Positions 34,782 through 41,551 of a DNA stretch of 41,551 nucleotides are shown here, piece after piece. Source of the DNA: Minisyncoccia bacterium. Lineage in GTDB: Bacteria; Patescibacteriota; Minisyncoccia; UBA6257; GWB1-50-10. The notes below the pieces were generated by a model. The model did not search any database, was not told the origin of the DNA, and saw only the letters and a program-made list of their open reading frames with translations. The stretch lies in assembly GCA_049997835.1 (NCBI GenBank), contig JBEKSI010000001.1, positions 1 to 41,551 on the forward strand, written 5' to 3'. How positions within the stretch are numbered: position 1 is the first letter of the stretch; the number at the start of each line of letters is the position of its first letter. The translations under genes were made by a program, and so were the position numbers.

Positions 34782-35114
34782 ATGTTGGTGAAGAACATTA
34801 CTCGCGGGACTCTTCTTGGCGAAGATGTTTCCGTCGCTAAAACCTTCAGCGAAAAAGTCGTAGGCCTTTCGGGTAAAAAAACTCCGGCTTCACTGTTTTT
34901 TAAGACCCGCTGGGGCATCCATACTTTCGGGATGAAACTCCCGATTGATTGCGTGATTTTTGACGATGCTTATAGGGTCCGGGCGCTTGCCGAAAATCTT
35001 AGGCCAAGCCGGCTTTTCTTCTGGAACCCGTTTTATAAAAACGTTCTGGAGTTGCCGGCGGGAACTGTTTCAAAAACCGGTACGAAAGTTGGCGATATGC
35101 TGGAGCTATGTTAA
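34782..35114 (+). CDS. DUF192 domain protein
   Basis: KTRWGIHTFGMKLPIDCVIFD...VLELPAG. The ATG lies 1 nt after the tRNA discriminator base. Confidence 0.7.
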   Translation: MLVKNITRGTLLGEDVSVAKTFSEKVVGLSGKKTPASLFFKTRWGIHTFGMKLPIDCVIFDDAYRVRALAENLRPSRLFFWNPFYKNVLELPAGTVSKTGTKVGDMLELC

Positions 35115-35124
35115 CAAAAAAGAC

Positions 35125-35203
35125 ATGAAACCAGCATATGAAAAAGTGGGTAAGACTTGGGCTAGCGCCCCGGAGCACACACTTTTTCGTATGCTGGATT
35201 CAT
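35125..35203 (+). repeat. Structured intergenic element, copy D
   Basis: A long outer stem (ATGAAACCAGCATATGAAAAAGTG / CACTTTTTCGTATGCTGGATTCAT, with one U-G pair and one mismatch) encloses GGTAAGACTTGGGCTAGCGCCCCGGAGCACA. Confidence 0.8.
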
Positions 35204-35222
35204 CCTGTGTTATAATTCCTTC

Positions 35223-35672
35223 ATGTCAGGTTTTAATAAAACAACTTATATATTAATCGGCGTAGTCGCGCTGATTTTAATAGTCGGAGGATTTTTTATG
35301 TTTAATAATAAAAATAATGGAGAAGCGGTTTTGCCCAGCGGTCTCAAAATAGAAGACGAAAAAGTCGGAACGGGGGCCGAAGCGGTGGCGGGGAAGGAAG
35401 TGACGGTAAATTATGCCGGAACGCTTTCGGATGGGAAAAAGTTTGATAGCTCCTATGACCGCGGCCAGCCGTTCTCGTTCGTATTGGGCGCGGGGCAAGT
35501 GATTCGGGGTTGGGATGAGGGTTTTGCGGGGATGAAGGTGGGCGGCAAGAGAAAACTAACCATCCCGCCGGAGCTTGGCTATGGAAACCAAAATGTGGGG
35601 AATGGCCTTATCCCGCCGAATTCAACCTTGATTTTTGAAGTAGAGCTTTTAGATGTTAAATCGGTAAATTAA
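35223..35672 (+). CDS. FKBP-type peptidyl-prolyl cis-trans isomerase with N-terminal TM anchor
   Basis: VTVNYAGTLSDGKKFDSSYDRGQPFSFVLGAGQVIRGWDEG..GMKVGGKRKLTIPPELGYG. TGtTATAAT at 35208-35216 lies 6 nt before the ATG. Confidence 0.9.
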   Translation: MSGFNKTTYILIGVVALILIVGGFFMFNNKNNGEAVLPSGLKIEDEKVGTGAEAVAGKEVTVNYAGTLSDGKKFDSSYDRGQPFSFVLGAGQVIRGWDEGFAGMKVGGKRKLTIPPELGYGNQNVGNGLIPPNSTLIFEVELLDVKSVN

Positions 35673-35677
35673 TCCCA

Positions 35678-36103
35678 ATGGTTTCAAAACTATTTGTGGC
35701 CACAAAAGCTTTCATTATTAATGACGGTAAGGTTTTAATTGTTCGCGAATCTTCCCGGTATAGAGATGGAACGAATGTGGGAAAGTTTGATATTGTCGGT
35801 GGCCGAGTGGAACTTGGACAGCGTTTTAATGAGAGTTTGAAGAGGGAAGTGAAAGAAGAAACGGGGCTTGAGGTGGAGATTGGAAAGCCCTTTTTCGTGA
35901 ATGAATGGCGGCCGGTCGTGAAGGACGAAGAATGGCAAATCGTCGGGATATTTTTCGAGTGCATCCCAAACTCGGTTGATGTGAAATTAAGCGAGGACCA
36001 TGATATGTTTGAATGGATTGACCCAAAGGAATACGAAAATTACCCGATAATAGAAAATCTCAAACCAATTTTTGAAGCATATCTGAACAGACAATCACAG
36101 TAA
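35678..36103 (+). CDS. Nudix hydrolase
   Basis: Nudix box GGRVELGQRFNESLKREVKEETGLEV. Confidence 0.85.
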   Translation: MVSKLFVATKAFIINDGKVLIVRESSRYRDGTNVGKFDIVGGRVELGQRFNESLKREVKEETGLEVEIGKPFFVNEWRPVVKDEEWQIVGIFFECIPNSVDVKLSEDHDMFEWIDPKEYENYPIIENLKPIFEAYLNRQSQ

Positions 36104-36126
36104 GAGCAAAAGTTCTAAGGGTGAGT

Positions 36127-36155
36127 AAAAGAGGGGTATTTACCCCTTTTTATTT
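36127..36155 (+). terminator. Intrinsic terminator
   Basis: AGGGG-tattta-CCCCT followed by TTTTATTTATTT. Confidence 0.65.
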
Positions 36156-36160
36156 ATTTC

Positions 36161-36209
36161 CACAATTGGTTTAGCTATGTACTAATATGGCTTAGCTACG
36201 CCAATTGTG
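36161..36209. promoter_or_regulatory. Imperfect 17-bp inverted repeat overlapping the promoter of the HTH-LAGLIDADG-like gene
   Basis: CACAATTGGTTTAGCTA (36161-36177) and TAGCTACGCCAATTGTG (36193-36209) pair with 2 mismatches. The right arm overlaps the extended -10 TGTGATAAT (36206-36214). Confidence 0.6.
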
Positions 36210-36225
36210 ATAATATGTTTAATAT

Positions 36226-36972
36226 ATGAGTGGGAATTTATATTTCAAAAAGGGAAAATTTAAAAGAGAAAGGGAGGCGAGAAAAAAGAGAGAATTTGAA
36301 GCGAAAGTGGCGGCTTTGAACAGTAAAGATTTCAAGTCAACGAGTAAAAAATGGGATAGAGACACAAAATCTCTTTCTAAAGAATTACTTATCGGTCTTT
36401 ATATTAGGCAGAATAAATCAGTAAATGAAATAGGTAAAATATTGAAATGTTCCTCGCATAAAGTGGCATATTGGATGGAGAAATATAAGATTTTAAGGAG
36501 AAACCAAAGTGAAGCAACATATCAGAAACGCAATCCGCTTGGCGACCCCTTTAATTTAATAGAGCCGAAAAGTTCATCCGAAACTGAATTAATGGGCATG
36601 GGATTGGGACTTTATTGGGGCGAAGGCAATAAGTTAAATAAAAACTCAATTAGATTAGGCAATACTGACCCGGCGCTTATAAAAACATTCATAAGGTTTC
36701 TTAATAAATTCTTTAATATAGATCAAAAGAAAATACGTTTCGGCCTTCAAATTTTCAGCGACATAAAACCATCGGAAGCTTTGAGTTTTTGGATAAAAGA
36801 GTTGAAAGTTGATGAATCTCAATTTCAAAAAGTTGTGGTGACACCATCAAGAGGTGCGGGCACATATAAAAAGAAATTAAAATATGGCGTATTGACAGTT
36901 CATTTTAATAATAAGAAACTTAGGAATGTCATTATTAGTAAATTGAAAGATTACGGATATAATGGCGAGTAA
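36226..36972 (+). CDS. HTH plus single-motif LAGLIDADG-like homing-endonuclease-like protein
   Basis: SVNEIGKILKCSSHKVAYWMEKY resembles an HTH. MGLGLYWGEGNK resembles LAGLIDADG blocks such as the LLGLWIGDG recalled from PI-SceI. AT-rich codon usage. The stop codon directly abuts the tRNA. Confidence 0.5.
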   Translation: MSGNLYFKKGKFKREREARKKREFEAKVAALNSKDFKSTSKKWDRDTKSLSKELLIGLYIRQNKSVNEIGKILKCSSHKVAYWMEKYKILRRNQSEATYQKRNPLGDPFNLIEPKSSSETELMGMGLGLYWGEGNKLNKNSIRLGNTDPALIKTFIRFLNKFFNIDQKKIRFGLQIFSDIKPSEALSFWIKELKVDESQFQKVVVTPSRGAGTYKKKLKYGVLTVHFNNKKLRNVIISKLKDYGYNGE

Positions 36973-37232
36973 GCCAATGTAGCTCAGCTGGTAGAGCAAC
37001 TCCATGGTGGAACGCAAATCCCGCCCACCAAAGAAGCAATTCTTTAGTGAATCCCGAATAACGGTTAAAGTCCAAATGGATAAGACCGTGGCATCCCGAA
37101 ACTTTCTAGGGAGGCCCGAACGACTGACAAGGGTGCGCCTCGGGCGCAAAGATACAGTCTAGCCCTCTCGGATAAAAGAAGGAGAGGTGTAAGCGAAGGA
37201 GTAGGTCGGCAGTTCAAATCTGCCCATTGGCT
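36973..37232 (+). tRNA. tRNA-Thr (anticodon GGU inferred) interrupted in the anticodon loop by a 187-nt intron
   Basis: The 5' half is GCCAATG TA GCTC AGCTGGTA GAGC A ACTCC ATGGT. The 3' half is AA GGAGT AGGTC GGCAG TTCAAAT CTGCC CATTGGC T. All four stems pair once 37009-37195 is removed, and the arms resemble E. coli tRNA-Thr(GGU) as recalled. Confidence 0.8.
37009..37195 (+). mobile_element. Group I-like intron (no internal ORF)
   Basis: The 5' exon ends in U and the intron ends in G. P2-like hairpin AAAGAA-GCAA-TTCTTT (37030-37045). GACUG (37122-37126) / CAGUC (37155-37159) form a P7-like pairing, with AAAGAUACAGUC resembling the group I J8/7-P7 (S) consensus and CGACUGACAAGGG resembling the R element. 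Confidence 0.6.
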
Positions 37233-37285
37233 CAATAAAACTTTACAGAGACTAAGTTTTGTTATAAGTTAATAGCTACAAGTTT

Positions 37286-37465
37286 ATGGCCCAAAGCAAA
37301 GTAAATTCACTTAGCGGCAATTTAATACGGCTCCGGTGTTCTGTTTGTAAACACTCTAATTACACGACCCACAAAAATAAAAAGTTGGTTCAGCGGAAAA
37401 TTGAATTCAAGCGCTACTGCAAGTGGTGTAGAAAACACACTCTTCATAAAGAAGCGAAGAAATAA
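37286..37465 (+). CDS. rpmG: Ribosomal protein L33 (59 aa; absent from the ORF track)
   Basis: My own translation is MAQSKVNSLSGNLIRLRCSVCKHSNYTTHKNKKLVQRKIEFKRYCKWCRKHTLHKEAKK. It has CxxC...CxxC and the KHT..KE ending typical of L33. Confidence 0.85.
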   Translation: MAQSKVNSLSGNLIRLRCSVCKHSNYTTHKNKKLVQRKIEFKRYCKWCRKHTLHKEAKK

Positions 37466-37470
37466 GCTTC

Positions 37471-37541
37471 CACCCAACGTCCCCGCTCAGGCTGTCTCCG
37501 GGGCGACGCCCAAGTCTTAGCCTTCGCGAGGACGTTGGGTG
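37471..37541 (-). repeat. Structured intergenic element, copy B
   Basis: A 12-bp perfect outer stem (CACCCAACGTCC / GGACGTTGGGTG) encloses CCGCTCAGGCTGTCTCCGGGGCGACGCCCAAGTCTTAGCCTTCGCGA. The core is identical to copy A over about 44 nt. Confidence 0.85.
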
Positions 37542-37570
37542 TCGCATTTTTATGTTAAGATACTAACGTA

Positions 37571-37641
37571 GGGGGCATATTTCAATGGTAGAATCGCGGT
37601 CTCCAAAACCGCTAATGTAGGTTCGATTCCTACTGCCCCCG
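37571..37641 (+). tRNA. tRNA-Trp (anticodon CCA)
   Basis: GGGGGCA/TGCCCCC acceptor, anticodon loop CTCCAAA, GTAGG-TTCGATT-CCTAC T-arm, discriminator G. Confidence 0.9.
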
Positions 37642-37643
37642 CA

Positions 37644-37688
37644 ATGATACAAAAACACGCCATTTTTTATGGTGTGTTTTTGTATCAT
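37644..37688 (+). terminator. Long hairpin after tRNA-Trp
   Basis: ATGATACAAAAACAC (37644-37658) pairs with GTGTTTTTGTATCAT (37674-37688). There is an inner CCAT/ATGG stem. Confidence 0.6.
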
Positions 37689-37836
37689 CTGTCGGTATAG
37701 GGAATCGAACGAGCGGAAGGGGTCGGGGAACCACGATTGGTTCCCCGTGTCGGAAATCATTCAAAACCGAGGGTTTTGAAAAGCGAATCCGCCAGTCGGT
37801 GGATGAGCGCGTGAGATTCCCTTGAGCGTTTACGCT

Positions 37837-37848
37837 TACTGCCCCCGC
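37837..37848 (+). repeat. Second copy of the last 12 nt of tRNA-Trp (TACTGCCCCCGC)
   Basis: Exact 12-mer match to 37631-37642, 206 nt downstream. Confidence 0.8.
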
Positions 37849-37851
37849 TAA

Positions 37852-37880
37852 TTGACACCCTAGGGTTTTAACTTTAGAGT
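37852..37880 (+). promoter_or_regulatory. Candidate sigma70-type promoter with a conventional leader
   Basis: TTGACA (37852-37857), a 17-nt spacer, then TAGAGT (37875-37880). Followed about 55 nt later by AGGAGG and ATG 37949. Confidence 0.5.
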
Positions 37881-37948
37881 TGGGTTAGCAAACCGGTTCT
37901 TACTCATTTTTTAAAATCAAAGAAATAAAGAAAGGAGGTAGAAAAGCC

Positions 37949-38236
37949 ATGAAAACACTGCCCGGTAAGGAAACCATTAAGGATCTTGCCAGTCTGAAAC
38001 GCCAAATTGAAGAGGGTAAGGTTGTCCCGCCCGTTAAGATTATATTAGAACGGGGCGGCGACAAGATCGTCATCCCCTTTGAAAACTTGGCGGATATTAA
38101 TGTTTTTCAGGATAACAATAAGCCCGAAAGCGATTTTGCCGAGATAAAATTTATTGTAAAAGCGACAGAGCTCTGGAACATTAAAGTCGGCAAAGACGGC
38201 AAAGGAAAGCCAATTTTTCTGAAGAACCTTGAATAG
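37949..38236 (+). CDS. Hypothetical protein (95 aa)
   Basis: Strong SD (AAAGGAGG) 10 nt upstream and a terminator downstream. No recognisable family. Confidence 0.55.
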   Translation: MKTLPGKETIKDLASLKRQIEEGKVVPPVKIILERGGDKIVIPFENLADINVFQDNNKPESDFAEIKFIVKATELWNIKVGKDGKGKPIFLKNLE

Positions 38237-38271
38237 AGGAGAATATCCATGAAACATAATCAAGCTTGTCT

Positions 38272-38336
38272 AAAAAGCCCGCTTTGGAGATCAAAAATAT
38301 TTGATCCATACCAACCGAAGACCGGGCTTTTTTGTT
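38272..38336 (+). terminator. Composite terminator hairpin
   Basis: AAAAAGCCCG (38272-38281) pairs with CGGGCTTTTT (38323-38332) plus a T-run. There is an inner GATCAAA/TTTGATC hairpin. Confidence 0.65.
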
Positions 38337-38362
38337 TATTGGAAAGAAACTAAAATATAAAC

Positions 38363-38995
38363 ATGCCTAAAGAAAGTTTAATCCAATCTCTCATAGACGA
38401 CGGTTATTTAAAGACGCCGGCGATTATTGAAGCGTTCAGAAAAATTGACCGCGCCAATTTCGTCCCTGAAGAACAAAAAGATGAGGCCTACGGAAATTAT
38501 CCGCTGCCCATCGGTTTTGGCCAGACGATTTCCCAACCGCTTACGGTGGCCTTTATGCTGGAATTGTTGGAGCCGAAATCCGGCGAGAAAATTCTGGATG
38601 TCGGAACGGGATCCGGCTGGCAAGCCGCGCTTCTCGCGCATATTGTCGGAGATGAAGGGAAGGTGATCGCGGTTGAACGCATCGCGGAGCTTTTTATGTT
38701 TGCGGGGAAAAATTTGGGGAAATACGATTTTCTGGGGAAGGGAACGATAAAAATAATAAACGCCGACGGCTCTGGCGGATACAAAGTGGAAGCCCCGTTT
38801 GACAAGATAATCGCGGCTGCGTCCGCCGAGAAAATTCCGGAGGCCTGGAAAGAGCAGCTTAAGATCGGCGGGCGCATTGTCGCGCCGGTCAAAGAAAGTA
38901 TTCTGGTTCTGGATAAGAAAGGCCCGGGTGAATTTGAAGGAAGGCGTTATTTTGGCTTCAGTTTTGTGCCTTTGATTATCGGAAATCAATCTTGA
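38363..38995 (+). CDS. pcm: Protein-L-isoaspartate O-methyltransferase
   Basis: GQTISQPLTVAFMLELL and ILDVGTGSGWQAALLA (SAM motif I). TAAAAT at 38351-38356 lies 6 nt before the ATG. Confidence 0.9.
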   Translation: MPKESLIQSLIDDGYLKTPAIIEAFRKIDRANFVPEEQKDEAYGNYPLPIGFGQTISQPLTVAFMLELLEPKSGEKILDVGTGSGWQAALLAHIVGDEGKVIAVERIAELFMFAGKNLGKYDFLGKGTIKIINADGSGGYKVEAPFDKIIAAASAEKIPEAWKEQLKIGGRIVAPVKESILVLDKKGPGEFEGRRYFGFSFVPLIIGNQS

Positions 38996-39000
38996 TTTAT

Positions 39001-39079
39001 TTGCCTAGCGCACCCGTGAAGAAGGGTAAGACTTGGGCGTCGCCCCGGAGACACCCTAATGAACGGGTGCGCTAGGCAA
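39001..39079 (+). repeat. Structured intergenic element, copy C
   Basis: A 17-bp perfect outer stem (TTGCCTAGCGCACCCGT / ACGGGTGCGCTAGGCAA) encloses GAAGAAGGGTAAGACTTGGGCGTCGCCCCGGAGACACCCTAATGA. Confidence 0.85.
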
Positions 39080-39089
39080 GCACTGGGGC

Positions 39090-39117
39090 TTGACGCCAAA
39101 ACGGCTTTTGCTATAAT
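39090..39117 (+). promoter_or_regulatory. Strong sigma70-type promoter (extended -10)
   Basis: TTGACG (39090-39095), a 16-nt spacer ending in TGc, then TATAAT (39112-39117). Confidence 0.65.
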
Positions 39118-39123
39118 GGACAT

Positions 39124-39226
39124 CACGAATGAATTCCAGAAGCACATACCACGGCGGAAGCCACAAACGCAGGGTTTAAACCTGTAACGGTCTGTGGTCT
39201 TGTCCGCCCGCTCGGCGGATTTTTTA
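39124..39226 (+). ncRNA. Candidate transcript of about 100 nt (small RNA, or the promoter-proximal part of the 23S leader)
   Basis: Bounded by the promoter above and by TCCGCC-cgctc-GGCGGA plus TTTTTT (39203-39225). It contains a GGC-GGAA-GCC tetraloop hairpin and a CAGG/CCTG hairpin. The longest internal ORF after the TSS is about 15 codons. Confidence 0.35.
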
Positions 39227-39390
39227 TTATCTTGAGCCGCGCCGAAAGGATGTTCTGAACGAACTTTCAAAAATAAATATCTGATTGAAGTAGTAACAAA
39301 ACTCAAAAAACAAGTCAGTTTTTTGAGGTAGAAATTAACAGTGCTTCACGTAGCGATTCGTGAAGCGGTCCCGAGCGAAAGCGAGGGACT

Positions 39391-41551
<2,161 letters not shown>

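Noticed and set aside
37690-37850. tmRNA, SRP RNA or a minus-strand tRNA in the structured segment after tRNA-Trp (it contains GGAATCGAAC, the complement of a T-loop-like GTTCGATTCC).
   Set aside because: The T-loop-like sequence has no complementary flanking stem, so no cloverleaf can be drawn. There is no 5' partner for the acceptor-like 3' end, no tag reading frame, and no SRP GGAA/AGCA helix-8 motif.
39124-39226. SRP (4.5S) RNA identity for the small transcript upstream of the 23S.
   Set aside because: It has a GGAA tetraloop but lacks the flanking conserved GGAAGCAGC / CAGGUC-type loops I recall from bacterial SRP RNA. It is therefore left as unclassified.

Overview
This 41.5-kb window reads like a small-genome, Patescibacteria/CPR-type bacterium. 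That assignment is inferred from gene content and rRNA peculiarities, since no database search was possible. Most genes are on the + strand and are housekeeping. In order they are: the 3' part of aspS, ndk and a PaaX-like regulator. Next comes an AT-rich accessory segment (about 2.4-6.1 kb) that starts at a tRNA 3' fragment and carries GrpB, a zinc-ribbon/DUF4145 protein, DUF3761 and membrane proteins. A few small SD-led genes follow. Then comes a central-carbon block (SpoU methyltransferase, DUF192, gap, rpiB, rpe, pyrG, split transketolase, PfkB kinase, unknown protein, membrane protein, class II fba). After that are a domain-1-less RF1, a minus-strand trio (coiled-coil lytic transglycosylase, rplY, rpmE) and a complete 16S rRNA gene. 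About 16 kb of protein genes separate the 16S from a partial 23S rRNA gene. That interval holds a type IV pilus-like cluster (response regulator, two tandem pilins, PilB, PilC, a large modular pilin-like protein, a 1550-aa fibre-like protein, a cupredoxin-like protein). It also holds tRNA-Thr(UGU), DUF192, FKBP, Nudix, an HTH-LAGLIDADG-like gene abutting a tRNA-Thr(GGU) interrupted by a 187-nt group I-like intron, rpmG (missed by the ORF track), tRNA-Trp and pcm. The observations most worth a second look are these. (1) A six-copy family of intergenic hairpins has a conserved AAGAC...CCGGAG core inside non-homologous, perfectly complementary outer stems. (2) The tRNA-Thr intron sits next to an adjacent endonuclease-like gene. 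(3) The 16S 3' tail lacks the CCUCC anti-SD, and many genes have a -10 box 6-8 nt upstream of the start codon, implying leaderless mRNAs. (4) RF1 lacks domain 1 and has PET in place of PxT. (5) An AT-rich perfect palindrome brackets the PaaX-like gene and recurs after rpe and fba. (6) Genes and tRNAs are separated by only 0-1 nt (tRNA punctuation). No CRISPR array, integrase, transposase or reverse transcriptase was seen.
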